Source: a virus | Taxonomy: Duplodnaviria; Heunggongvirae; Uroviricota; Caudoviricetes | DNA: 64,000 nt | Virus record (IMG/VR): IMGVR_UViG_3300031992_004563 | Span: 128,001-192,000 of that record | Direction: 5' to 3' (one strand) | In this document: piece by piece, positions 8,657-18,813 of the stretch | How positions within the stretch are numbered: position 1 is the first letter of the stretch | How the letters are laid out: every line of letters begins with the position of its first letter | The notes under the pieces: model-generated | The model's database searches: none | What the model was told of the DNA's origin: nothing | The model's input: only the letters and a program-made list of their open reading frames with translations | Translations under genes and position numbers: made by a program

Positions 8657-10588
8657 ATGACAGAAAAAGTAATTGGAATCGATTTAGGAACTGGTAACAG
8701 TTGTGTAGCAGTTATGGAAGGTGGTAAACCTACAGTTATTGCAAACTCTGAGGGTAGTCGTACAACCCCATCTGTAATTTATATTGATGGAGAAAACCGT
8801 GAGGTTGGTGGTGGTGCAAAACGTCGTATGACAATGAAGCCTAAGAACACAGTTTCATTTATTAAACGTTTTATGGGTGCTAACTATTCTGACACTGATG
8901 TTCAGAAGATGCTTAAACAAATTTCTTATGACGTAGTTGATAAGAATGGTAAGCCTTATATTAAAATTGATGGACGTGAGTATTCTCCTGAAGAAATCTC
9001 TTCTTATACTCTTGCAAAGATGAAGAAGACTGCGGAGGATTATTATGGCACAGAAGTAAAGAAAGCTATTATCACTGTGCCTGCATGGTTTAATGACTCA
9101 CAACGTCAAGCAACTAAGTTGGCAGGTGAACTTGCAGGTCTTGAGGTTCTTCGTATTATTAATGAGCCTACCGCTGCTATTCTTTCATCTGAAATCAAAG
9201 TTGATGAAAATCATGATAAGAATATTGCAGTGTTTGACTATGGTTGCGGTACAGTAGATATTTCTGTAGCGAATGTATCAATGGTTGATGGCCAGCTTCT
9301 TGTTGAGATTAAAGCAAGTTATGGTAATGTATTCCTTGGTGGTCAAAATTATGATAACGCCATTGTTGAATGGATGTGTGAAGAATTTAAAAAGGATCAT
9401 GCAGGTATGGACCTTAAGAAAGATCCAATGGCATATTCTCGTTTGCAAGAGGCTGCTGAAAAAGCAAAATGCGAACTTTCTTCAACAACTACAACCGATA
9501 TTAATTTGCCTTATATCACAGTAGTTGATAATGTTCCTCAACACTTAACACTTACTCTTACACGAGCAAAATTTGAACAACTTACAGCTGATTTAACAAA
9601 TGATGCTATTGAATGTACTCGTAAGGCAATTCAAAAAGCCGGTCTTTCTGCATCCGATATTGATGAGATTCTTTTGGTAGGTGGTTCAACTCGTATGATT
9701 TCTGTTCAAGAAGCATTAACTAAGGCATTTAATGTTCCTTTGGATAAATCTGCTAATCCTGATGAGGCTGTTGCACTTGGTGCAGTTATTCAAGCTAATA
9801 TTCTTGTAGGTGGTGATAGTGCAAAGGATTTGCTTCTTTTGGATGTAACTCCTATTTCTACTGGTATTGAGGTAGAGGGTCAAATCATGAATGTAATGAT
9901 TGAGGCTAATACCACAATTCCTACAAGTAAGAAACAAGTATATACTACCGCAGTAGATAATCAACCAAGTGTATCAATTCGTGTATTCCAAGGTGAACGT
10001 CAATTCACTCGTGATAATAAACTTATTGGTAACTTTGAGTTGGGTGGAATTCTTCCTGCAAAACGCGGTGTTCCTCAAATTGAAGTAACATTTGATATTG
10101 ATGCAAATGGTGTACTCAATGTATCTGCAAAGGATCTTGGAACCGGTAAGGCTAATTCCATTAAGATCACAGGTTCAAACAATCTTTCTAAGGAAGAGAT
10201 TGAACGCATTAAAGCAGATGCAGAGAAATTTAAGGAGCAGGATGCTAAGGCAAAAGAGGAAGTTGATAAGTTGAATGGTGCAGAGTCATTTGCATATCAA
10301 ATGAAGAATATGTGTGATGATGAGCAAATGAAAGATAAACTTACTGAAGATCAAAAGACTCAAATTAATAAAGATGCAGATGAGATTCTTGAGGCTGTTA
10401 AAGCAAAGGATCTTACAAAGGCAACAAATCTTCAAGAGTCTTTGCAGAAATATGTTCAAGATATTTCTTCTAAGCTTTATGAGAGTCAACAACCTCAAAA
10501 TGAGCAAGCACAACCTCAAACTGATACTCAATCTTCAACTGATAACAAACCAGAGGCTGAAGATGTAACATTTGAGGAAGTTAAGTAA
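8657..10588 (+). CDS. dnaK: Chaperone DnaK (Hsp70)
   Basis: GIDLGT, NSEGSRTTPSV, TVPAWFND, INEPTAA, LVGGSTR, NPDEAVA, RGVPQIEVTFDIDANG; ends FEEVK. Confidence 0.98.
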   Translation: MTEKVIGIDLGTGNSCVAVMEGGKPTVIANSEGSRTTPSVIYIDGENREVGGGAKRRMTMKPKNTVSFIKRFMGANYSDTDVQKMLKQISYDVVDKNGKPYIKIDGREYSPEEISSYTLAKMKKTAEDYYGTEVKKAIITVPAWFNDSQRQATKLAGELAGLEVLRIINEPTAAILSSEIKVDENHDKNIAVFDYGCGTVDISVANVSMVDGQLLVEIKASYGNVFLGGQNYDNAIVEWMCEEFKKDHAGMDLKKDPMAYSRLQEAAEKAKCELSSTTTTDINLPYITVVDNVPQHLTLTLTRAKFEQLTADLTNDAIECTRKAIQKAGLSASDIDEILLVGGSTRMISVQEALTKAFNVPLDKSANPDEAVALGAVIQANILVGGDSAKDLLLLDVTPISTGIEVEGQIMNVMIEANTTIPTSKKQVYTTAVDNQPSVSIRVFQGERQFTRDNKLIGNFELGGILPAKRGVPQIEVTFDIDANGVLNVSAKDLGTGKANSIKITGSNNLSKEEIERIKADAEKFKEQDAKAKEEVDKLNGAESFAYQMKNMCDDEQMKDKLTEDQKTQINKDADEILEAVKAKDLTKATNLQESLQKYVQDISSKLYESQQPQNEQAQPQTDTQSSTDNKPEAEDVTFEEVK

Positions 10589-10615
10589 AAATCATAACTT
10601 AACATATATAAAGAA

Positions 10616-10650
10616 AAGAGATTCCTAATTTATATAGGAGTCTCTTTTTT
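10616..10650 (+). terminator. Intrinsic terminator
   Basis: AAGAGATTCCTA...TAGGAGTCTCTT hairpin plus T run after dnaK. Confidence 0.7.
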
Positions 10651-10682
10651 GATATAAATATAAAAATGATTTAAAAATAATA

Positions 10683-10997
10683 ATGGAAAAAGGAAAAATA
10701 ACACCTAAAAATCTTTATAATGATGATGAAGATTTATTGGAACATAATTGGGATATCATTACAGATTCAATCTATAATCTTTTGAAATATAAAAATATAG
10801 AAAATAATGCAGGTTTTTCTGATGATGAATTAAGAGGATATGCAGGTGATATATTTACAGATTATAGAGAATCTCATGAAATATATGATTTTGAATATGA
10901 TAGGCTTGATAAACTTCAAAAACATATTGAAGAACATATTTACGATATTCCTTGGAATCCTGAACCATTAGAGGATATGAAAAAACTATTTAAATAA
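10683..10997 (+). CDS. Hypothetical acidic protein
   Basis: 104-aa ORF after TATAAATA (10653). Confidence 0.7.
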   Translation: MEKGKITPKNLYNDDEDLLEHNWDIITDSIYNLLKYKNIENNAGFSDDELRGYAGDIFTDYRESHEIYDFEYDRLDKLQKHIEEHIYDIPWNPEPLEDMKKLFK

Positions 10998-11069
10998 TAA
11001 TTTTGAGAGATATATTCATGTGAATATATCTCTTATTTTTAATAAATATAATGGATTAATAAGATATTT

Positions 11070-11891
11070 ATGAAATAGATAAGTAAACAAATATTAGAGG
11101 CTATAAATAGAGGCATTTAGCTTGCATTAGATAATTATCAAGATGATGAACAAATTGGTTCTATATATCAACATAATGATATCATAGATAGTGAAGATGT
11201 TATTAAATAGAAATATGATTTAATGAAGGAAGTTGTTGATTTAGATCTTCCATCAGGAACTTTATGGTGTAAATTTAATTTAGGGGTTAACTAGAATTAG
11301 TTATCTAAAGCTGAAAATTGGTATGGTGGTTATTATGCATGGGGAGAATTGGAAGCAAATAAATCAATATATGATTGGGATCATTATAAATTTGGAAAAT
11401 ATTAGGATAAATTAATTAAATATTGTAATGATCCTGACTATGGTTTAAATGGTTTTACTGATAATTTATCTGAATTATTGCCAGAAGATGATGCTGCTTA
11501 TCAAAATAAAAAATTTTATAATTTTAAATTTCATATTCCAACTAAAGAATAGTGTGAAGAATTATTGAAATATACTAATAAGTATTGGGTTAATAATTAT
11601 AATCCTAATAAAATTATTCATAATCCAAAAGATGATGAAGGAATTCAAGGTTTAAATGGTAGAGTCTTTGAAGGACGAAATGGAAATATAATATTTGTTC
11701 CCACAGCTGGCTATCATTACGGTTCTAATACCAACGGTGTTGGTTCTATCTGTTACTTGTGGTCTTCAAGTCTTTACTTAGATTACCCTTACGATGCTTA
11801 CTACCTGGACTTCCATTCCCATGATATTGACATTGATGGCAACATTCGTTGCTATGGTTTTTCTATTCGTCCAGTAATAAATTTAAGATAA
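11070..11891 (+). CDS. Leader + Bacteroidetes VDLxLPSGTLW-type domain with DGR-like C-terminal variable region (TAG=Q)
   Basis: One frame with TAG readthrough; VVDLDLPSGTLWCKFNLG, YGGYYAWGE, IFVPTAG..YLWSSS..RCYGFSIRPV. Confidence 0.8.
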
Positions 11892-11895
11892 AATT

Positions 11896-12675
11896 ATGAA
11901 AAATTATAAACAAATATTAGAAGCCGTAAATAGAGGTATTAAACTTGCACTAGATGACTTTGAGAATGATGAACCAAATAGTTCATTATCACAAAAGAGT
12001 GATATCATAGATAGTGAGGATGTTATTAAATAGAAATATGAATTCAATAATTTAATTAAAAAATTTGAATTAGAACAACAAGTAGTTAGTGATGTTTTAA
12101 GACTCGCTGAATTATCTAAAATAACCGGTTTAAAATATAAAATATCTAAAGAACGTCTTTATAATTTCATTAAACAATATTTAAATTATACAGAATCATT
12201 ATATCATGCAGATTTAAACTGGATTGACACCTCTGGAATATATACAATGGACAATTTATTTTATAAGTCTAAATTTGACGGGGATATTTCAGAATGGGAT
12301 GTGTCTAATGTTGAAAATATGTCATAGATGTTTTGTTATTCATGGTTTGAAGGTGATATTTCCAAATGGGATGTCAGTAAAGTTAAAACTATGTATGAAA
12401 TGTTTAATAGTTCATGGTTTAAAGGAGATATTTCTAATTGGAATGTTAGTAATGTAGAAAGCATGCGTGGAATGTTTCAATATACAAGTTTTAATAATGA
12501 TATATCAAAATGGAATGTTAGCAAATGTCGAGATTTTGAAAATATGTTTATGAATGATACAATATTCTGTCAAGATTTGTCAAATTGGAAAATAAAGAGA
12601 GGCAGCAAAATGGGTATGACATTTTGGGGAACTAAAATAGTTAATTATAATAACTATATGCCTTAGTTTGTTTAA
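11896..12675 (+). CDS. Leader + DUF285/BspA-like repeat protein (TAG=Q)
   Basis: About 50-aa N-terminus shared with 11070; tandem DISxWxVSxVxxMxxMF repeats. Confidence 0.8.
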
Positions 12676-12707
12676 AAATAAATAATAAAAATAAAATAAA
12701 TTGAAAA

Positions 12708-12851
12708 ATGGCAAAAGCAAGTGGTTCTAGCTTTTCTTATTTAAAGAAAGCACATAAAAAACGTCCGGGTGTTATTTCTAAATGCAGAACATCTAATAGT
12801 AAACAATCAAAGCATTATAGAAAAGCATATAGAGGACAAGGAAGAGCATAA
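12708..12851 (+). CDS. Small basic protein ending YRGQGRA
   Basis: 47 aa, K/R-rich; follows ATAAATA at 12678. Confidence 0.65.
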   Translation: MAKASGSSFSYLKKAHKKRPGVISKCRTSNSKQSKHYRKAYRGQGRA

Positions 12852-12872
12852 TTAAAGAAATAATTATATATT

Positions 12873-14264
12873 ATGAGTGAATTAAAAATAACATCTAATA
12901 GTTTAGAGAATGCTATTTTAACAGATGGTAATTTTGTTAGTGGCTATGCAGTTGGCAATGCATATATTGATGCATCTGGCAATGGTGCTCATGCTGAAGG
13001 CTATACAGATGGTAATAATATGATAATTGCATCTGGCAATGGAGCACATGCTGAAGGAATAAGTACATAGGCATTAGCAAATGGTGCTCATGCTGGTGGC
13101 ATAGGAACTATTGCAAAATCACCAGCATTGACAGCAATTGGCAAATATAATAATACATCAACAAATGCCTTTTTTGTTGTAGGTAATGGAACTTGGGCTA
13201 GTCGTAAAGATGCATTTGTAATAGACACGGGTGGAAATGTTTCAATTGGCGGTGCAGCAACTGCAAAAGTTAATAATATTTCAAATGTTTAGCTTGGTGT
13301 ACCAATTGGTTCAATGACAATGTGGTTAGGAGCTTCAGTTTGGGCTGGGTACAGTTATGCAGTAGAAAATTACCCAGATTGTATTCCAGATGGATGGTTA
13401 TTAGCAAATGGAGCATCAGTTAGACTTAGATATATTGGCCAACAAGATAGGCCACATGACTAGCATGTTACAACTTTTCATAATAATACAGATTATGTTT
13501 ATATACCTAGATATAATAATATAATAACTAAGACATATGATGATGATAATGATTTTGATTATTGGGATAAATTTGAACTTGTAGCATATAGGCACAATGA
13601 ACATTAGTGGGTTGCTATTGGTAGTGAATATTCAAAATTTAATAGACCTGATGAATGTTATGTAGGTATGAATTCTTTAGAAAAAGAAATATTTACTAGA
13701 TTTCTAAATCATATAATATTATCTACAAGAGTTTATGTTAAGGTAACCTCAGTTATTCCATATTATCAATAGTAGATAACTAAAGATACTTCTTATAATA
13801 ATGATACTTATGATCCAGATTCAGGTATTACAGATGCGAATTATTTAGAAACATATGGTACACAATTAGATAAACTATCATGGTATTCTAATCTTATTAC
13901 TTATAGCAATAATCCTAATACTGGTAAAATTGATGACATTTTAATTGCTCTTCCAGATATGAATTTAAAATTTCCGCTTGGTGCTAGACAGGGAGATATT
14001 AATAAAAATTTTGGTGATGTTGCAACTAGAATAGGAAATCCAATTTTTCATTATGCTAATACATTTATCGGCGCAGATGGTGGTGAAGAAACACATAATT
14101 TGAAATTAGATGAAATGTATGGCAAACCTATAAATGAAAACGCACAGAATGGCAGTGGTGATTCTTATGAAACATATGCATTTAATGAAAGCCCTCAAGT
14201 AACACACCCACACAACAATATCCCGCCATATATGGCAGTCCACTTTATTATTAAATATAAATAA
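12873..14264 (+). CDS. Tail fibre with GNGAHAEG repeats and tail-collar domain (TAG=Q)
   Basis: Single frame; GVPIGS..IPDGWLLANG..LPDM..GGEETHNL..HNNIPPYMAVHFIIK collar motifs. Confidence 0.8.
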
Positions 14265-14287
14265 TTTTATTTCATAATAATTATTCA

Positions 14288-14318
14288 AAAATCCTCAGAT
14301 CATTTCTGGGGATTTTTT
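14288..14318 (+). terminator. Intrinsic terminator
   Basis: AAAATCCTCAGA...TCTGGGGATTTT hairpin plus T run. Confidence 0.65.
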
Positions 14319-14377
14319 ATTAAACTTTCATAATTTTTAAATTATAATAATAGAAAAGATATTTAAAATTTTAAGTT

Positions 14378-14863
14378 ATGTTTAGCATTAAGTATATTAA
14401 TAATTTAAATCCAGTTAATTTTAAATGTACATATTTATTTGATGAATCTTGCGCAGAATTAAAAAATTCAGAGTCTTTACATAAAATGTTTGGCTTTGCA
14501 TATGGTGGAAATTATATGCAATTTTATTATGAATATAATAAAGAAATGAATAAAATTTATATTAAAGCCAAAGTTAAAAATAAACATAAAGATGAAAATT
14601 TTATACAATTAATATATGGTTGTGATTTTAATGAAGCACATGATTATAAAGTTGAAATTAACCGTAAAGTAACTTCATTCCAAACACAAAGTAAGAAATC
14701 TATATATAAATGGTTAGGAAATGTTGATGATATAATTATTAAAGTTGATGATAAAATTATCACTAAACATAATTTTTATAGTAATGATGTTCCATTACTT
14801 AATATGGGATTTGTTATTGTATATGGAAAAGGAATAAATTTTTATAAAAATAAAATAAATTAA
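14378..14863 (+). CDS. Hypothetical protein
   Basis: 161-aa ORF after the class II promoter at 14322. Confidence 0.7.
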   Translation: MFSIKYINNLNPVNFKCTYLFDESCAELKNSESLHKMFGFAYGGNYMQFYYEYNKEMNKIYIKAKVKNKHKDENFIQLIYGCDFNEAHDYKVEINRKVTSFQTQSKKSIYKWLGNVDDIIIKVDDKIITKHNFYSNDVPLLNMGFVIVYGKGINFYKNKIN

Positions 14864-14864
14864 T

Positions 14865-15080
14865 ATGATAGCAATTGATTATAGTAATAAGAAAGAAAAA
14901 TCTTATAAATTTAAAAACTTTTTAAATATGTCTAAAATTATGTAGGTATTTGCAAAAACAATTGCATCAGATTTAGTTTCAGTAAAACCGTTTGAGCCTA
15001 TTGGCAAAGTATTTTATACAGATTTTGCACTTCCATATTATTGGAAAAGACCACGTAGATGTATAATTTTAATTAATTGA
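14865..15080 (+). CDS. Small protein with a T4 gp23 major-capsid-like segment (TAG=Q)
   Basis: 71 aa; QVFAKTIASDLVSVKPFEPIGKVFYTDF. Confidence 0.6.
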
Positions 15081-15171
15081 TGTATAATTTTTAATTATTT
15101 ATTTTTATAGAAAAATATAGAAAAGTTTAGAAAAATATTTAGATAAATAAAATAAATAATATATAGAAATA

Positions 15172-15318
15172 ATGAAATTAAGTTAGTATGCTAAAGAACT
15201 TGGGGTTTGTTATAAAACTGCATGGAATTTATATAAAGCCAATAAAATTCCAGGTGCATATCAATTACCAACCGGAACTATTATAGTACCAAATAATATA
15301 AATGAAGAAAATAAATAA
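15172..15318 (+). CDS. IS607 TnpA N-terminal MerR-like HTH only, 48 aa (TAG=Q)
   Basis: MKLSQYAKELGVCYKTAWNLYKANKIPGAYQLPTGTIIV; serine recombinase domain absent. Confidence 0.8.
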
Positions 15319-16505
15319 TGATATTATCTGAACGACATATTATAAAACAAACAAACCAATATTATAAAGATTTAGATAATTTATGTTTTTTATCTAAAAA
15401 TCTTTATAATAGTGCTTTATATGCAATTAGATAGCATTATTTTAATACTAAACAATATTTAAATAAATTTGAATTAATAAATTAGTTTACTAAAAATAAT
15501 CAAAAAGATTATATTGCATTACCAAGAAAGGTTTCTCAGCAAATAATATATTAGGTTGATTAGAATATTAAATCATTTTTCAATTCAATAAAATCAAATA
15601 ATATAAATCATAAAATTTTAATGCCAAAATATTTAAATAAAGATGGAAGATTTGAAGTAATATATACAAATCAAGCAATATTTAATAAGTTATTAAAACA
15701 AAATATTTTATAGTTATCAGGATTAAAGGATTTTAAACTTCATATTATTCATAATAATATTAAATAGGTTAGATTAATTCATAAAGGGAATCATATAGTT
15801 ATTGAAATTTTATATGAATAGAAAGAAAAAGAATATGTGAATAACAATAGATATTGTAGTATTGATTTAGGAATAAACAATTTATGCACAATTGGTTCTA
15901 ATGTCATTAAATCAATTATTTTAAATGGTAAACCATTAAAATCAATAAATCAATATTATAATAAAAAATTAGCATAGTTAAAATCTGAATAGGATTTAAG
16001 AAAAAATAAACAATATAATAAAAAGAAAATACAAAGTTTAACATTTAAAAGAAATAATAAAGTTAATGATTATTTACATAAATCAAGTCGATATATAGTT
16101 AATCATTTAGTTTCCAACAATATAACAAATTTAGTTATTGGATTAAATAAAGAGTGGAAACAAGAGACTAATATTGGCAAAAGAAATAATCAAAATTTTG
16201 TTCAAATACCTCATACTAAATTAATTGAGTAGCTTAAATATAAATGTCAATTAGAAGGTATAAAAGTTATGATTAGAGAAGAAAGTTATACAAGCAAATG
16301 CTCATTTATTGATAATGAAGAAATTTGTAAACATGAATAGTATTTAGGTAAAAGAATTTGTAGAGGTTTATTTAAAACTAAAGAAAATAAAATAATCAAT
16401 GCAGATTTAAATGGTGCATTAAATATTTTAAGAAAAGAAATTCCAGAAATTTAGTATGGAATAGAGGTGTGTAGTACGCCAATGGTTCATACCATTAAAA
16501 AATAA
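15318..16505 (+). CDS. tnpB: RNA-guided endonuclease TnpB, 395 aa, 12 in-frame TAG
   Basis: SKNLYN, SIDLGINN, DYLHKSSR, WKQ..NNQNFVQIP, REESYTSKCS, INADLNGALNILRK; missed by the ORF track. Confidence 0.92.
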
Positions 16506-16573
16506 CTTGTAGAATATTTTTCTATATTTTATTTAACTATTCAATTAATTGAAAACAATATTAAATAAAAATA

Positions 16574-17701
16574 ATGGATAATAAAGGATATTATAAAACA
16601 TTAGGGGTTGGAGAAAATGCGTCTGAAGATGAAATCAAAAAGAGTTTTAGAAAGCTCTCCATTAAATATCATCCAGATAAGCAGGCCAATAAATCAGATA
16701 AGGAAAAGAAAGATGCAGAAGCCAAGTTTAAAGAAATAAATGAGGCTTATCAAGTTTTGTCTGATCCTGATAAACGTGCTCAATATGATAGAGGTGGTTC
16801 ATTCGATTTTGGTGGAACAGGCGGTGGATCTGACTTTGGCGGATTTGATTTTGGTGGAATGAATTTTGATGAATTTGGATTTAATGGTGCATTTGATTTT
16901 TCTAAATTTTTTGGTGATGGAAGTCATTATGGATATTCACGCCCAAAACAAAAAGCACCTGAAAAAGGATCAGACATTAAAATGTCTATTCCAGTTTCTA
17001 TTGAAGAAATATTCAATGGATGCACAAAAAAAGTTAAATATCAAAGAAATGTAAGATGTCCAAATTGCCATGGTGCAGGCGGAACAAATAAACACACCTG
17101 TCCAGATTGTAATGGAACTGGTATGACAAAAACAACTGTTCGTTCTCCATTTGGATTTACAACTTCTATGGGTCCATGTAAAAGATGTGGTGGAAAAGGT
17201 TATGTTATTGATTCTAAATGCCCAACATGTGGAGGAACAGGATTTAAGAAAGAAGATACTATATTAGAAATTAATTTTATGCCTGGCATGCTTGATGGAT
17301 TTTCAATGCTATATAGAGGAAAGGGTAATGAGTCTTCTGATTTGAAAGGTGAAACTGGAGATTTTTATGCAGTATGCAAACATACATATGATACAAGTAG
17401 ATATCAAATAATTAATAATATTGATGTTTATGAAAAAATTGAAATTCCATATTATGATGCATTATTAGGTTGTGAATATATTTTAGAAAAGCCTAATCAT
17501 AAAAAGATAAAAGTTAATATTCCATCATGTATTCCATATGGAAAACATTTAAAACTTGCAAATGAGGGAATAACTTCTGGTAATATAAAAGGTGATTATA
17601 TATTGATTGTTATATATAAAATACCTGAAAAATTATCTTGGAGAGAACGAAATGCATTAGAAGCACTTAAGCTTGATTTAAATAAAGATAATAACAAATA
17701 A
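16574..17701 (+). CDS. dnaJ: Chaperone DnaJ
   Basis: J domain with HPD, G/F-rich linker, four CxxCxGxG repeats. Confidence 0.97.
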   Translation: MDNKGYYKTLGVGENASEDEIKKSFRKLSIKYHPDKQANKSDKEKKDAEAKFKEINEAYQVLSDPDKRAQYDRGGSFDFGGTGGGSDFGGFDFGGMNFDEFGFNGAFDFSKFFGDGSHYGYSRPKQKAPEKGSDIKMSIPVSIEEIFNGCTKKVKYQRNVRCPNCHGAGGTNKHTCPDCNGTGMTKTTVRSPFGFTTSMGPCKRCGGKGYVIDSKCPTCGGTGFKKEDTILEINFMPGMLDGFSMLYRGKGNESSDLKGETGDFYAVCKHTYDTSRYQIINNIDVYEKIEIPYYDALLGCEYILEKPNHKKIKVNIPSCIPYGKHLKLANEGITSGNIKGDYILIVIYKIPEKLSWRERNALEALKLDLNKDNNK

Positions 17702-17758
17702 TAAAATATTGCACCAGATGTTAAATAGACAATATCTGGTGTATTTTCTATAATATAT

Positions 17759-18802
17759 ATGATATATAATATAATTGGAGATATACATGGAAGAACTTCT
17801 TGGAAAGAATTAGTTCAAGAAGATGCTATTAATATTTTTATAGGGGATTATTTTGATCCTTATTTAGATTATAATGATATCCCATTTATAGAATGTAAAG
17901 CAAATTTTCTTGAAATTATAGAATATAAAAAACAGCATCCAGAAACAGTATTGTTAATTGGAAATCATGATATTGCATATTGGCATATTCCTGGTGATAA
18001 TAATAGATATGAACATAAATATAGACCAGAAATTTATCAATTATTCGAAGACAATAAAGATTTATTTCAATTAGCATATTCAATAGAGAATAAAGCATTA
18101 GTTACTCATGCAGGTGTATCAATTGTTTGGTATGAAAGATTCAAAAATGGAACATTAGCAGTGTCTCCTTGGGATTTTAATTATGACGATCCAGATGAAC
18201 TTGAAAATCCATTTAGTAAAACACATGAAAAAATTCCATTTGAAAACCCATTAAAATTTAGTTTAACTAATTCTCCTGAAGAAGCTTGGCAAATATATGC
18301 AAATAAAGCTTATAAATATTGGGCAGATGAAAATAAAAAACCAAGTAATGGAATTTATATTGAGTATAAAGATAAATTGTGGAGATATAATAAAGAAATA
18401 GAAAAATTTGAAGAATATCATATAACTCCAGATGAAGTTGCAGATTTTATAAATAGCCTTTGGTTTAAAAAAGAAAAATATAATGCTTTTGAATTTATGA
18501 GGTCAATGGACGACAATCAAGGAAATAATCCAAGACAAAGTCCTGCATGGATAAGAGAAGAAGCATTAAGAGAATCTAATATTTTTAAATTTACTGATTA
18601 TTGGCAATTTTTTGGGCATACACAATGCTTTTGGTATATTGAAAAATTAAATCTCCCAAAAGATTTAACATTAGATAAAATTGAATTACGAATGATTGAT
18701 AAGAAGAATAAGTTTGTTAATTGTGATTGTTTATCTTATAGTCCAATGTCAATATTATATAATAGCGATACAGAAGAAATCAGAATAAATAAGAAAAATT
18801 AA
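17759..18802 (+). CDS. Calcineurin-like metallophosphoesterase
   Basis: GDIHG, GDYFD, GNHD, THAG and FGHT motifs. Confidence 0.9.
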   Translation: MIYNIIGDIHGRTSWKELVQEDAINIFIGDYFDPYLDYNDIPFIECKANFLEIIEYKKQHPETVLLIGNHDIAYWHIPGDNNRYEHKYRPEIYQLFEDNKDLFQLAYSIENKALVTHAGVSIVWYERFKNGTLAVSPWDFNYDDPDELENPFSKTHEKIPFENPLKFSLTNSPEEAWQIYANKAYKYWADENKKPSNGIYIEYKDKLWRYNKEIEKFEEYHITPDEVADFINSLWFKKEKYNAFEFMRSMDDNQGNNPRQSPAWIREEALRESNIFKFTDYWQFFGHTQCFWYIEKLNLPKDLTLDKIELRMIDKKNKFVNCDCLSYSPMSILYNSDTEEIRINKKN

Positions 18803-18813
18803 TTAATTGAATT

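Larger units (their letters stand above)
15108..16540 (+). mobile_element. Non-autonomous IS607-family element (HTH-only TnpA + TnpB); ends approximate
   Basis: TAGAAAA x3 at 10-bp period on the left, inverted copy at 16515-16524; tnpA remnant coupled to tnpB by TAATG. Confidence 0.75.

Noticed and set aside
11070-12675. Complete DGR locus
   Set aside because: No reverse transcriptase or template repeat seen in the window; only a candidate target
16541-16560. A TnpB guide target elsewhere in the window (AATTAATTGA at 15071 and ~18801)
   Set aside because: Short low-complexity matches are expected by chance in this AT-rich DNA, and the guide boundary is unknown
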